Positions 48,401 to 62,841 of a stretch of DNA of 64,000 nucleotides are shown piece after piece (positions within the stretch are counted from its first letter, which is position 1; each line of letters begins with the position of its first letter). A model generated the notes under the pieces. It was not told the origin of the DNA. It worked only from the letters and a program-made list of their open reading frames with translations, and ran no database searches. The DNA comes from Sphyrna mokarran (Eukaryota): the NCBI GenBank assembly GCA_024679065.1, contig JAGIQG010000040.1, positions 5,766,001 to 5,830,000 of the forward strand, written 5' to 3'. Position numbers and translations under genes: made by a program.

Positions 48401-51400
48401 TTTGTCATGCTGCAACTTCTGACATCCCTCCAAACTATCCACAACACCAGCAACCTTCATGTTGTCGGCAAATTTACCAACCCATCCTTCCACTTCCTCA
48501 TCCACGTCATATATGAAAAATCACAAACAGCAAGGATCCAAGAATAGGTCCCTGGGAAACTCCACTGGTGACCTCCAAGCAGAAAAAAACCCATCTACAA
48601 CCATTCTCTGCCTTCTGCAGACAAGCCAGTTCTGGATCCACAAAACAACGTCCCCTTGGATCCCATGCAACTTCACTTCCTCAATAAGTCTTGCATGGGG
48701 GACCTAATCGAACTTCTTGCCGAAGTCCATATAAACCACATCTGCCGCTCTTCCTTTGTCAATGTGTTTAGTCGCATTTTCAAAAATCTCAACCAGACTC
48801 GATCTGCCTTTGACAAAGCCGTGCTGACTACTCTTGATCATACTATGCTTCTTTAAATGTTCATAAATCCTGTTTCTCGGGATTGTTTCCATCAACTTGC
48901 CAACCACTGAGGTTAGACTCACCAGTCGATAATTTCCCTTTCTTGAGTATAGGAAGCACATCCGCAACCCTCTAAATCTCCGGAACCTCTCCTGTCTACA
49001 TTGATGACGCAAAGATCATCGCCAGAGGCTCTGCAAACTCTTCTGTATCTGAACCGTCACAGCTGGAAGGAGAGTCAGCGAAAAATGTTCTGTAGAGTTT
49101 CAGTGAATGTAGAATTGTGAAGGGGAAGGGTAAATGTAACACAGTGTAAGATGCAGTGCTTAGTTAATATTCAACAATAAACATGAATTATTGTTCTTTT
49201 CCTCTCTGAGTTTAATGGTATGTTTCCGCTCGCATTCCAACCGGGAATCTTTCGTTAGGTAACTGAGGTAATCACTACATTACAAAACCGATGCGTTTCC
49301 CCCACCTTAGAATGGGTGAATATGTAATTGAGGCCGTCTTTGCAGGTGTTGAAGCACCTTTCTCGAAGTTCAACTCACGGAGATGATGAGCTCAGATGGG
49401 GTACCCAAATGAGCACTCAGATCATGTTGACAGGGATATTTGCAGACAACTTCAATCTCTCTTTACAGCGATTTGAAGTCCCTATCTGCTTCAAAAAGAC
49501 AACCATCATTCCAGTACCAAAGAAAAACCAAGCAGCGCGCCTTATCGATAATCATTCAGTGGCTCTGACATCCATCATTATGAAGTGCTTTGAAAGGCTA
49601 GTCATGGCCAAATCAATTGCAACCTCCCAGACTGTCTGGTTCCTCTAAAGTTCCTCTACCGCGGCATCAGGTCCTCAGTAGACACCACCCCCCTGGTCCT
49701 GGACTCAACCCTGTAACACTGGGGTAACAAAGATACCTATGTCAGAATCCTATTCATTGACAAAAGCTCAGCCCTCAACACTATGATTCCCACGTAAATC
49801 ATCTCCAAACTCCGTGGCCTGGGCATCGTCTTTTCCCTCTGCGAACTTCCAAATCTGCAAAATGCAATCTGTAAGGATAGGCAACAGCACCTCCTCCATG
49901 TTCATCCTCAACACCGATACCTGACAGGGTTGCGTTCTCGGCCCCCGACTACACTTCTTATAGACCTATGACTGTGTGACCAAATTCCCTTCCAATTAGT
50001 TTTTCCACTTTGCTGACGACACCACCGCAGTGGATTTGATCTCAGGCAATTATGAGACAGAGTACAGGAATGAGATAAAGATTCTGGTGAACTGGTGTGG
50101 CGATAATAATCTCTCTCACAATGTCAATAAAACGAAGGAGATTGTCATCGACTTCAAGAAGCATAGAGGAGAACATGCCCCTGCCTACATCAAACGGGAC
50201 GAAGTAGAAAGGATCGAGTACTTCATTTGGTTTTGCTTTCCAGATCACCAACAACCTGTCCTGGTTCCCTCATGCTGACATTATACTTAAGACAGTCCAC
50301 CAACGACTTCACTGTCTCAGAAATGTTAGAACATTTGGCATGTCAGTTACGACTCTCACCAACTTTTATAGATACACCACGGAGATTATTCTCTCTAGTT
50401 GTATCACAGCTTGGTATGGCTCCTGTTCTGCCAAAGATCACAAGAAACTACAAAGGGTCGAGAATGTAGTACAGTCCATCAGGTTGATTGGTGAAACAAA
50501 TTATCCCTAAATTATCTCTCCAATCTGGTTTCCAATGTGGATTTCCATAAACATAAACAAGGGTCATGGGTACAAGTGGGAACAGTTAAAACGGCGGCGC
50601 GCGCTCGTTGGGCCAAGGGCCTGTTTCCCTTGCTATGTTGTTCTTTGTTCTTTAAACCAGCCTCCTATCCATTGACCCTGTCTATACTTGCCGCTGCCTC
50701 GGCAAAGTAATCAGAATAATTAAGGATCCTACGCATCTTCCGTCGGGAAAAAAAATACAGATTCTGAGGTCACATACCAACCGGCTCAAAGAACAGCTTC
50801 TTCCCTGCTGCCATTTAAATGGACCTCCCTCGCACAAAGTTCATCTTTCTCGACACCTTAGCTATGACTGTAACACTAGATTGTACACTCGTCCCTATCT
50901 TTCTCTATGTCCCATACGCCTTTTCTGTACAGCCCAAGCAACAATACGTCTCACTACATACCAATACATGTGACAAAAACATATCAAATCATATCTACCC
51001 GAGGTGCTGCTTCCCTGGATAAGATACCTAACCTTCATCTAGATCGAGCGCTCTGATGCAAAGTTAAAATATGCCATGGTCGCCATTTCAAGAATGAAAA
51101 ATGAACATTCTCCCCCACGTTTCTGAGCCAAAGTGTATATCTCACTTATCATAGTTGAAACACGAAGTTTTTTTTTTGTATCTTTATCTCAAAGAAGTCT
51201 TGCCCTGCACACAACTGGTCTTGGCTAGGAGAGTTATTGGAATGGTATTTTTGATCACGAACTTCTCCAAATAATGGTCAGCTCACGCAGGGTGAAACTG
51301 ATAGCAATTCTGCCTCACTCTGGGCCACTGGGGAAGAAGACCCCACAAATGTCCCCAAAATAAAACATTTAAAAAATAATTTTACCGATCTTGCCCAGTA

Positions 51401-52850
51401 AAGTATTTATGGCAGTTTCCTAGTTTCCTTTGGTGGCGGTAATGTTGGAACGGCATTGTTCCATTCAAGTTGATATTAAGAAACTCCACCTGTGAGTTAC
51501 AGTCTGTGTGTCACCATCTTGTCACTAAAATAATACAATGTCACCATCTGCTGGTGGCTTTCATTTACTACAAGCGCTGCCCGTTGTGTGTCACAGAGAA
51601 ATTCAGTCAGTCGCCGAATAGACCTGTCGGATCCAAGTGGACCTGGGACCCAGTTGCTAAAGTGTGAATATTGAACAACATTGCCAGGGATGGAAATTTC
51701 CAGCAGGAAGTCTGGCGGCGCATTTGCCCTTTTGTCACCATCTACCTTCTGCGAAATTTGTTCCCCATTACCTATGGGAGATATAGTTTGGAGATTGCAG
51801 TTTGGGATTAATGTATACCACTTAGTGTATTTATCAGATGTTAACTCCATCCAAACTTGTAGTAGGTGAATGTGCTGTCTTTTGATGTATCAAGTTATTT
51901 GGAAATTAAATTGATCGTGATATCTGGGCGACATAATATTAGTGGGCAAAAAAACCTGACAGATTAATGTTTTTCAATTTTTATTGAAGTCAATCTCCGT
52001 TTGCGTTAATCCGTGCAAAATAAATGATTTTAGTAAAAGCATTTTGCCACCTCGAACAAGGAATTACAGAATTCTGCCGAATAACACACGCTTCGTTTCA
52101 GATAACTATAAAGAATGGATAAATGTTATCCTTGTTTTAATTCTTGATAGTTAATTCTGTTAATTCTGTTTCTCCAATATGACGCCGTAAAGAATGAATG
52201 AAACGTATTCACATCAGCATGAAACTTTGCAGGTGCAACTGTTGTTGTGCTGCAAGCAGAGAGAAAATATTTTGCCCCATTCCTCCCTAAACTAAGCATT
52301 TTGTTCCAACCGTTACATTTTCAAATTTACCTGTGAAATGTGGAAATATATTTGCTACTATTAACAGAGTTTTTTTATGGGGAATTTTTGAAATGAGATT
52401 CTCAGACAAGTTAGATTTTCTAATCTCTGTATTTTCATGGCACTTCGAAAAGAAGGGCAGGACGATAGAGACAGAGACCAGAAGAAAGAGGGTGGAACCC
52501 TGAAGATGTTAGCAAGCGAAAGAGAAATAATCAGACTAAATAATTCTCTCTGACTCTCATTTATTGGTGCGCCACTTCGTATAGTACAGACAGACTGCCC
52601 TGAAAAGCAACCTCAGTTTCTGAGTAATGAAGCTAGTTCCTGATCTGGGTTACACTTTATATTAGTTTGGAAGAATCAACATATCGAGGATAACCTGCAT
52701 TTTCTGCCGAACTCGAAAGGAATTACCATGTATTCTCCTTGTTCCGCATTGATAGTAATGTTCTTGCTGTGTGTTGAGTCTATGCACAGTCAGTGTGTTA
52801 TTGTTGTGTTTAATTTCTGATTTTTGGAGCACTCTGGATTTATGCTATAG

Positions 52851-53158
52851 GAAATAATAGCGATGATTCGTTGTCCCAGGCCCCTTCTGAATTAACAATT
52901 TAGGATGGATAGAGCACAATACCGGACTGTGGTTAGTAAACAACCTACCGTGAACCAACTCTGTTCTGATACATCCAGATTCTTCATACTCAATAAGAAT
53001 GCAGAGTAGATATTTATCTCAAGAATTACCAGATTTTCTACTGTTTGCACAAAGGAAACAAAACTGCTCTTTTAAATAATTCGGGGCTCTTCTCTCTGAC
53101 AACGCTGTGTATTTCTGGACCACTGCTGTCGAGATCAAGCGATTCCCGGACAAAACCC
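52851..53158 (+). pseudogene. TCR V pseudogene V6-B
   Basis: Mirror of 11495-11794; SDNAVYFW (Cys to Trp); CACTGCT at 53121; leader-like MYSPCSALIVMFLLCV upstream at about 52728. Confidence 0.78.
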
Positions 53159-54368
53159 CAGACTGGGAGTTCCAGTAAGCTGCCACCTGAGGGAGCTCTC
53201 ACACCGATAAACAAATTCACTTCCAACTGAGAGAATCACAGGTGCCTTCCTAAAACATCAGAGCAGAAAACAACCTCAACAACAGGAAAGGAACATTTGA
53301 CAAATTATATTACTTAATTTCAACGCAGATGAGCTCGCTGAGCTTCTTATATCTGATCTCTTTTGTTTAGTAATTGTCTTTTGATCCAATTTCCGGCCGG
53401 TTAAGTACTCAATCTTGCTGTTTCAGAGAAAGTGCATACACAACGAGGACATTTCACACGGAAGTGACTGTGACCTTTAAAATATGATGTGGAGAAACAG
53501 GTCATATGCAGACACAAACTCAATTTACCAAGATAATTGTTGGGATGCGATCTTCACATGTAATCAAATCTTAAAGGTACAGAGAGTGTGAGTGGAGAGA
53601 GGGCCAAGCCCAAGTTAAAGAAATGTGTATTGTCTCCAGCCAGGAGAGTTAGTGAGATTTTCCAAGCCCAGGAAAGTCGTAGGGGTTACAGATATGTGAC
53701 ATGAACACAAGATGTCGGTTGAGTTCTCATGTGTGCGGAACTTGGCTATTAGTTTCTGCTCAGCGATTCTACGTTGCTGTGTGTAATGAAGACCACCTTG
53801 GAGAACACTTACCCGGAGATCAGAGATTGAATGCCTGTGACTGCTGAAATATTCCTCGACCGAAAGGGGACACTCCTGCCTGGTGATTGTCGAGCGGTGT
53901 TCATTCATTGTCGTAGCGTCTGCATGATCTCCTCACTGGTGTTGAGTGATTTCTTACTACCTTTAAAATACACATTGAGAAAAGAATTTCCCCAATAACC
54001 AGGAAACTTCAGAATGTTTCTTTAATGCTGGAACGTTTGTGTTACTGTGAGTAGCCCAGACTTTGCAGCTACTAATTAACAGAGCAGTGTTTCATTCCTG
54101 TAACATCATCTGGAAAAGTGTACCCGTTCCCCTATCGAGATGCTGAATGAGCCCAGCTCGAGTTGTTTTCTTTCAATATCAGCCAGCTCACTACTGAGAG
54201 ATCTCACAGACTCATAGAGACATAATGCTAACTTAGCAGGAAACTGGAGACACTTGGATTGATCCCAGGTTAATGAGACCTCTTGTGTGCTGACAGTCAC
54301 ATTGCGTTGTATTTGCCCACGATGTTGTGCAACCCGCAGAAAACAGGGGTTCAACTATATTTAAATGC

Positions 54369-54681
54369 CGTCCTTGTACCGTAGTCATACTGCTTTCCGT
54401 CACTGTGAGCCCCAGCGATAGCAGAGTAATACAGGGCAGTATCAATCAGCTACATACCCGAGGTAGACAAATTGATGAATATATTCGGTGCCCGAAATTC
54501 TCCAAAGAAACGGATATATCTTCACCAAATATCGAGTTTTTCCTCAATATAAGCACGGGCTGTATATCTGGATATTGCCGGTATCACTATAAATTACTCA
54601 CCGCAGCATTATAAGGATAATTTAAAGTCTCTGTTTCTCCTGAGGACAGCGACTGAGTAATAGAATCTCCATGACTCAGAT
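54369..54681 (-). pseudogene. TCR V pseudogene V5-B (no SINE)
   Basis: HGDSITQSLSS-GETETLNY...L**YRQYPDIQPVLILR...IDTALYYSA; CACAGTG (54407-54401) + 23 + ACAAGGACG. Confidence 0.85.
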
Positions 54682-55325
54682 CTTAAAAAATTTGTCCGAA
54701 CGGACGCAGATCTAACAGACTGAATACGCAAAATTCAGTTTTAAACTATGTCTATATAATGAAAGTAAATATGAAATGTGTTTGGTTCACAATTCCCCGT
54801 TAGGAATATTCCTCAAACAACCCAAATGCCGCATTGTCACTCTGCATGGGGGGAGTTGGATATTTGAAGACAAAATTTCCAAACTTCATCCTGTGTATTT
54901 TGCTGCCTGCCGTGTCTCGGGAGTTTCTCACTGCATTTCCCTGTGTCCGGGGTGGTGCTGTGGGGTTAGTAGTTGGTGAGCTGGCTACTAATGAATGAAT
55001 TCACCCTGAGCTGCGTTCAGTCAGTGTTCTGATCGGACGAAATGGTTTCCTAGGTAGACACGTGAGAAGACATTTGTAACCGGAAACATGGGGTTGCCGA
55101 TGGGGTTTATTTATTCCAGCTTCAATTCTCTATCTCAGATTCCGGTAGAATCGATATCCGTGAGCGAGTCTCAGCTTCTTTCATCAGCTCGACAGAGGGA
55201 CGCCTCAGTTGCAACTGGAGCGCGTTTGTGAATCCTCATTATTTCTTATGATTATATCCATATCCCAATTCGACACTGAACTCCCTGGACAATTGTTCCA
55301 GCAGAAGTTTCATGTGATCTGCAAA

Positions 55326-55658
55326 ATGCTCCGAATTTACAGACTCCTTTTGCTGTTTTTCAGTCTGACCTGCACTGGGGTGACTGGAGCAGATGAGGTG
55401 AAGCAGCTCCCTCGGTGGAAGGTTGTGAATGAAGGGGGAACCGTATCCATGAACTGTACCTCGACCATTGCTTTTAGCACCTGGTATTGGTACAGACAGT
55501 CCCCGAATCAGCCACCGCAGTATCTGGTGATGGCCACAAGAGAATCCGATCAAAGCGAGAGGATCATTGCCTCAATCGGCGGAGGCAACAAATTCAGCAT
55601 CCTGACAGTGAGACGTGCCGGAGTTACAGACACTGCCACCTATCTCTGCGCCGTGAGG
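55326..55658 (+). CDS. TCR V gene V4-B, intact, leader and V in a single exon
   Basis: MLRIYRLLLLFFSLTCTGVTG-ADEVKQLP...GGTVSMNC...WYWYRQSPNQPPQYLV...TDTATYLCAVR; Cys23, Trp41 and Cys104 intact. Confidence 0.9.
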
Positions 55659-55697
55659 CACAATGTGACAAACACAGGGAGATCCCATACAAAAACG
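55659..55697 (+). other. 23-spacer RSS of V4-B
   Basis: CACAATG + 23 nt + ACAAAAACG. Confidence 0.9.
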
Positions 55698-57238
55698 TGC
55701 ACCGACTGCGACAGACATCCTGGAGTATCGGTAGAGTGGTGGAATTATAAAAAAGGTTCATTAACAAACGAAATGAGAGCAATGCAAAATAAAATATAGA
55801 ATCTACTGATTAATATTCCGTCAGAAATGAAGTTAGATGAAAACAGAGATGGAGAAGGGACACGGAAGCTGGAATAAGTGAGCAGCAATTGGAATTTAGA
55901 GAAGTTCAATCTTCATAGAGAAGTGGACAGAAAATGAGGAAATCATTGGAAAAGAAGTAGAAGAGACTGAAGAAAACAGAGTGTGATAGATTAAAGGTCA
56001 GAGTAAATAAAGAAAAACTTTAGCAAAGTAGATTGTGATTTTTAACATTACAAATATTTACTTGTTATTTAAATTTTCTGAAACATGTCACCGAAAGGCC
56101 AGCAATTGGAAATCGCCCTATTGGTAAATTTCAGCTTTGCTGATGATCCTGATAGTGTATTTTCATATTCATTTCATTGCAGTGTTAATGCAATCCTTTT
56201 CGTAACGCCGTTAAAGAAAGATTTAAGCAAAACAAACGGAGAACAAACTGTGGATGGCATTAAATGGATACAGAATCAGAGGTTTCTGAACAAAGCAACA
56301 GGCTTCAGAACACAAGGGGGCATATGTAAGCCTACACGCACAATTGTTGAGAACACCGTTCAAACACATGGATCCGTTCAGTGACTCTTCATACCTTCAG
56401 CGTTAATCTCAGTGATAGTGTTTAAGAGAGACTGTGAAAGATGGTGAAGGAATGAGAGAGCACTATACTCAGCGAGAATAGAGCAAATGGAGGTATTTTC
56501 TGTGGAGCAGCAATTCTGTTCAGAAGTGATTGCCATACCTGTACCCAATCAAGGCAGGTTTGGAAAAGGTTGAAAAGGAGCAGAGACAATCAGCTAGCCC
56601 CCCAATGTGCGACTGGATGTCGGTATTTCTCGTGATCTTTATGCACTGAAGGGAGCGATTAGCACACTGCGTTTTGAGCAGTCGATGTTAGAGAATGCGA
56701 TGGTAATGTGGACAAACCATAAGTAATTTTCAGAGGCAAGTGGATAAATATTTGACCAGCAAATAGAAATTTTAAGAATATAAGATGCAAGTGCCAATGA
56801 AGAATAACTGGATAACCCATCAACAGAGACAGTACGTGAGCAAGAGCCGAATGGTCTCTGTTAGTGCTACACAACTTACGATTCCAAGATTATGAATAGC
56901 TCTTTTCAATTAGGAAGAGGCCAGAGCCCAAGTCTCGCAAAACAATTTACTTTGTTGCTACAGAGAGGAAGGAGATATTCGGAAGCAGTGACGGTTCAAG
57001 TGGTTTTCTGGTTTGAGAAACAGCCAATGGCTGAGTGGCACCGTGAGAAACGTCAGATACCGATATCCCATAATTGTCCAATCGGTGACAGTGTGGCCCT
57101 TCGGTCTCACATTGAAGGGGAGAATGTAAAGCTCTCGCCTCTCCTCTTCCTCCCCGCCATTCAGAGTCTGGGCCTCCGCTGCAAGTCCCAGTCTTGAAAG
57201 TAGATCCTGATTGATGCTGTTGTGCACCTTCATCAATC

Positions 57239-57666
57239 ATGAAGAGAAATCCCCGCAAAGAGCTATTTCCAATTGGAGCTCTGATGCTGCTGATATTGTG
57301 TGAGTTTATTGATTAACTCAGACGGAATATTTTAACAATCTCTTCAAACCGTGTAGTTTATGAGTGATTTTATTCTGTTCACAGCCGTTCGGTGTGAGGA
57401 TCAGAGCTCCCATCCTCAGCAGGTCGTGTCTCAGGAAGGGGAGCGGGTTGAACTCAAGTGTCGGCTCTCTGTTGCTACAGGCGATACAGTAGCCTGGTAC
57501 AGACAAGGACTGACAGGACCTCCGACATTTATCGCCTCCATTTACCAGGGGAATGTGACAGAAGGACGTTACACGCTGTCCTTTGATCGAGTAAAGAATT
57601 CCTACACCATTTCTATAGATGAGGCGACGGTCCTGTTCTCTGGGATGTATGTCTGTGCGAAGCAGA
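57239..57666 (+). CDS. TCR V gene V3-B (leader 57239-57299, V exon 57385-57666)
   Basis: Mirror of V3-A, open frame; RSS CACAGTG (57667-57673) + 23 + ACAATATCC (57697-57705). Confidence 0.85.
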
Positions 57667-58140
57667 CACAGTGAGACAAAGAGCGGATCTCCCTGTACAA
57701 TATCCTGTTCACTGCCTTGTCTCCGCTGCACTTTTAAACTTTCTGAAAACCAGAAATGTCGTTGATATTCTTCAATGTTACTTTCCCATCTTTAATGTTC
57801 TATCTAAATATATACTTCTAACATCCCAATCTGCAATTAAAGATGCAGAGTATCGAAGCATATTAAATTAAAAAGAACTGTTTCATTGTTGCGCAAACAA
57901 ATTAAAGAAACAGGCAGAAAAATCTACCTGTCAAATATCTAGAAAAACATTCGAGAAAAAGATAGATCAACAAGGATAAAGGTAAATAGACAGATTGATA
58001 AGAGGTAGAGATGTTCAGAGTCATATGCAGCAGGTAGGTGAATAGACTGATTGTTAACTTGCTTTTGCCAGTATGCGTAAGAACTTTATATAATTATCCC
58101 TGTATGTATCTTTATATTAATTCTGTTCTTGTTTTCATAG

Positions 58141-58458
58141 CTGTATCTTGTCACTCGAAGACATTTCAGATATCGATGTATTGGGTAAATCAAGGACAGA
58201 CCATCTCTCTTCATCACAATATTACTGTTACCGGGAATGAGTTTGCATTTTGGTACCGGCAATTCACCGATTAAGTTCCAGAGTATCTCGTTTCCACATT
58301 CAGAGCTGAAACAGCTGAGGGAAGGTTTAAAGTATCTGTGGACAGTGAGAAAGGATCCACCAGTCTCACTGTTAACATGGCCACTGTCTGATGCTGCGGT
58401 GTATTACAGTGCAGTGAGACACAGTGAAACAAAGAGGTGCAAATCCTGTACAATGACT
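58141..58458 (+). pseudogene. TCR V pseudogene V2-B
   Basis: Mirror of V2-A with in-frame TAA at 58272 and a further frameshift; CACAGTG (58420-58426) + 23 + ACAATGACT. Confidence 0.87.
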
Positions 58459-60421
58459 CACTCGACATGGGGACTGTGGAGCCAAACATCCCATGGCCTT
58501 TAGAAGAGAGCGTGATTCAAGCAATATCGACAGAAAGTGTTCTTCTTCTGACTTATATGATGGAATTAAAACAATATATTTTATTGTTTCTAATAATAGA
58601 ACTTGCAGGAAAACCCACGTTAGAAATATGCAAATTACTCTTTGACTCATCAAAAAACTGAGACAAATGATCTTGTATCAATATCAAGCAGCAAATGGGG
58701 AAAAATAAAAACAATAACAAACAGATATAGAAGTAGTGACATCGAAGTAATGAAACCCATAATAAACTGCCGCAATGCAAATCCAGCGATATCATGTTAC
58801 AATATCCGAGAATAACGGAGAGGATCATTGCTTCACTGATGACGTCCTCTTTCGCTAAATCTTGTAGAACCGTCAGTTCCCCCTGTCACAGGTGACAGCT
58901 GGAGTTACAGAAAATATCTGTGCGCCTCCACACCACAAACCGCAGTATATTTAGAGCAAGAGCTTGTAAGTGAATTACGGAAGATCCGGCACAGAAAGTC
59001 TTTTGGACAAGAAATTTTGGGTTTGAAACACCTTTGCGACCTTTTGGCGACTGAGGTGTGTTCTTCACCTGGTCACCAAATGTTGAACATTAGGCTCTCA
59101 ATTCTTCCGATATACCTAATGACAGGTGGTGAGAAGAGGAGAGTTTCCTGGTCACACATACTGCAGGAAGCAGTGAAAGCCACTGCAGTAATTTGCCTGG
59201 CATAATCATGGAGTAATCGAATGGAAGTCTCTGGTCTCCTAGCGCCGTGTTAGAACTTAATTCTGGAGGTTGAGGGGGACGGGGAACTTAGGGAGGGGGA
59301 CTTAGAGAGTGAACGATATAGAGCAGTGTATTCTAATGTCACTGGGCAGTCTGAATAAGACATTTAGAACAATATGGATCGTCAATATGGCTCCTCAGTA
59401 TAACAGAAAGAGAAAAGGCGAGGATGGGCGAAAAGAGAGAGAAAGGTGTCTATTCAAATTTGTGACAAAGTTCAATGTAACCGGCACATATTAAGATTCC
59501 CCAATCCCTTTACTCCAGGGTCAGAATGACGAGAATTTCTAACTGATAATTAAACATTCCCACTGCCTCCTGTAGTGATAAAGTTTGTAACATCATCACA
59601 ACTACATCTGGAAATGATATTCCTTAGGTTCGCAAGTCGCATTTGACCTCTGGAGTCTGTGAAAGGCACTATATCAGTCAGAATACGTTTTGTTTTTTCG
59701 AGGGATAGCTTTTGTAAAGGTTGCGTTCATTGTCTTTCTGATTCCACAGGGACCGATAATATTTATTTTAATTTCATTTTCATTATTTTAATTTGTTTTT
59801 CCCAGATTGGGTTAATTAGTTGTCACCACGAACTGGGACTTCCCAGATTCCGTCTCCAGACCCTTCAGAGATTCTTTCGACTTCAGGGGACACCGGCAGT
59901 CTATCCGGAACAACACTCCGGGAACTTACCGAGGAGACAGTGCAATGCTTAGAAATGCTGCAACGTAGGAGCTGTCAGCCTCTCGATGACCTGTTAAATC
60001 TGGGGTACCGTCTTCCCTCTCAGAGGAGGTGCTACATTGTCACTGTTTCCAAAAAGAGCAAGAGAAACATCCTGTTCGATATCTGTTCACCAGTCACAAT
60101 GACTGACACAGATAGAGACCATAATATTACTGAATGAAATAATTTACTGATTCCAAAATAGCTGCTGCGTTTAGTACATAAAACCCTTCGGGACATTAAA
60201 TTTTACAAATATTCTCATATTCATTCTCCTGTCCCGATGTTTTAATTTTGCAATATATTTGTTATTAATAGAAGTATTTTCAATAAAAAATTGAGAAATC
60301 ACTACGATTTCGTGTTCCATTTCAGACTCAGTCTGATCATAATGTTTGCCTCACGCTCTGTTATGTTGAGTGAGGCTCTGAGAGTTTTTGTACAGGTTCA
60401 GCCCAGCTCTGTGTGTCTGTG

Positions 60422-60728
60422 GGTCTCAGTGCGCAGTAATACACCCCGGAGTCTGTCAGCTCTGTTTTAGACACTTTCAGCGGGACGGTGCGGGATGTTT
60501 CATTGAGCTCCGCTGAAAAACGATTCCCTGTGGATGTCTCTGTTTTGTCGCTGTGTCTATATCTCCTCAGCAGAAACTCCATGGAGCCGCTGGAATGTTG
60601 ACGGTACCAGAATAAATCAGGATTGCTACTACTTGTAGCTGTGTAATTACAGAGTAAGTGAACAACATCTCCTTCAGTGATAGTGACTGCAGCCGGTGTC
60701 TGTGAAACAGAATCTCCTCCACAGTGTC
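60422..60728 (-). CDS. TRAV: TCR alpha/delta-type V exon V1-B
   Basis: Mirror of V1-A, open, DSGVYYCALR; RSS CACAGAC (60421-60415) + 23 + ACAAAAACT (60391-60383). Confidence 0.92.
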
Positions 60729-62612
60729 CTGTAAGAACACAAAGAAATACTAAACTAAACAATGTGATTTCACTCTGACTCCCCCACCTACCCGCACCCC
60801 CACCAGAATATATCGTAATCTTGAGCAATAATCTCAGAAAGAAATCACACAGCACAACAAAAATATATTTCATCGTTCAGCGGCTGGAAAGGAAAAGTGG
60901 TTGTGGCGATTAAGTAAAGCTTTCACCATAAACATTCTGTTCTTTCTAACGAGATCAGTTCCTCGCCTTTAGTCCCTATAACTGGAAACAGCTCACGGCC
61001 TGTCTATTTGAAGTGTGGTGTTTGCCAAAGTTATTCACTGGTATCAGAGGAGTTTCAACCTGAGCCGAACTCATTCTCACTCATTCCATGTGGGAATTGT
61101 GCCTAATCCTAAGTTTGTTCGGTGTTGAGATCAGCGAAATCCTGATAATTTTTCGATGTTGAAATCAATCCATTCCCTGACAAACTGACCCCTTACCCCT
61201 CGTATTGAGCGAAGAGCAGGATAGAATGTAGTGTGTGACAAAATTGTGCAGCACAGAGCGGATCAACTTGTGAACCTACCGGTTAAAAGTGCTGCCGCTG
61301 TCAGGAATAAATTCAGACTATAAGGAAACATGTTTGGAGAGACTCGCGGCGAATTTGACCAGAACGAGTTGAAGCTGAAGTCTTTTTTTAGTCAAAAATG
61401 GCAAAGATCGAGTCATATCCGGGCCCCTGTTGATTGGTTTACTGCTGAATATGTCATCAGACGACATCCAATCACCTTCACGTTTCTTTGTTCTTCAATG
61501 CAACCAATGATCTCATCGTTCCTTTATCTGCAACTCACCCTGTTGGCGGAGAGATGAAAGGAACAAAGTGAATTTGGTCCCACGGCAGGGGATTACTTTC
61601 ATTACTTTACCCTTCAACCTTCATTTCAGGAACTGACTAGTCTCCTGAGTATTAATGGCTCTGTTTTGACATGGGGAATGACAATATTCATCTACACAAC
61701 AACATAACAAGCAGTTTGTTTTGAATCATATTGGGAAAACAGTTATGGTGGGGGACAATTTTTTTTTAAGTTAAGACTTCACTTCATAAGAAGTGATAGA
61801 ATAATGAATGGCCTGAGATATTTCCATACGATGTTCCCTCAATTTGTAACTTTGTAGTGTGCGAAAACCTCTTCTAAAGTGGGAATATAGTTTGCCTCCC
61901 AATTGGACGACTGATCCAAAGAATGCCGAACAGGGGAAAGCAGAAAAGATCAATAGCTCCAATAAAACCTCTAATAAAACAACACAGGTGAGACGGATCA
62001 GGGTGAGAACAGCACAGGAAACCTGTGGGTGGGGCTATCATAAACAGTGTCATCACAGGTAGAATTAGTCTGGAGAGATTTGAAGTCAATAATAATGTCA
62101 TATTGGAATTCTATAACTTTGCCTCTTAGTAATAGCGGTAGGACTAGTAGGGTCGCACCAGCAGTGTCAGGGTTCGTAAATGATTCAACACTATGCAAAA
62201 TCTTCATCAGTGATGTGGATGGGAAGTGACACCATTAAGCTGAGCAGCTGTATTGGAGAAGTTCTCAATTAATATAAGCCTTAAATGTTTACGTTAGAGA
62301 CTGGGAAAGGGAAATGCGTGCAATTTCCATAAATCAGGAAAGGCAAGAACAGTTAGGGGCAAATGGGCAGAGAAATGCATGAAAAGCAAAACAAGGGAGT
62401 TAAGGAATCTCAGATGGATTTGTCGCTGTTGTATCCGTTGCAAAGGTAAGTTAAAATCACTAATGTTATTGTGAAACTGAACCAGTCAGTTGCTGTTTTT
62501 GAGTGTTGTGTTTTGTTGCACTTTAATGAACCTCTGGCACTCTCACTGCGGAATTTGAATTAGCCGCGCGTGTGCGCGCCCTGCTGGGAACTAACTGGAA
62601 TTGTCAATATGG

Positions 62613-62841
62613 GGTTTTTGTACGGCATGCGTTATATCTCTGCAGCAGTATGGGCTTCATGGCACAGGAATATCGGACGTTATCGGAGATCACGGTATAA
62701 CTGATCGTTAGCTTTGTAGTCTTGTTATTTTTATCAAATTTGGAAGAAAACTTATCTTAGAAGGTGGCTGCTCCTTTGCACATTCTCTCCAATAAAAAGA
62801 ACCATGTACACTGGAGCTTTCCAGGCCTGCTGACTGTACCA
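62613..62841 (-). pseudogene. TCR V pseudogene V0-B
   Basis: Mirror of 577-805; WYSQQAWKAPVYMV...YSCAMK, CATACTG + 24 + ACAAAAACC. Confidence 0.75.

Noticed and set aside
2691-60728. IgH-like V (TAILV), NAR-TCR V, or D/J/C segments
   Set aside because: No WVRQ..GKGLEW/YYCAR IgH signature, no NAR-type V-D-J cassette, and no FGxG J motif with a 12-RSS or C domain was seen.
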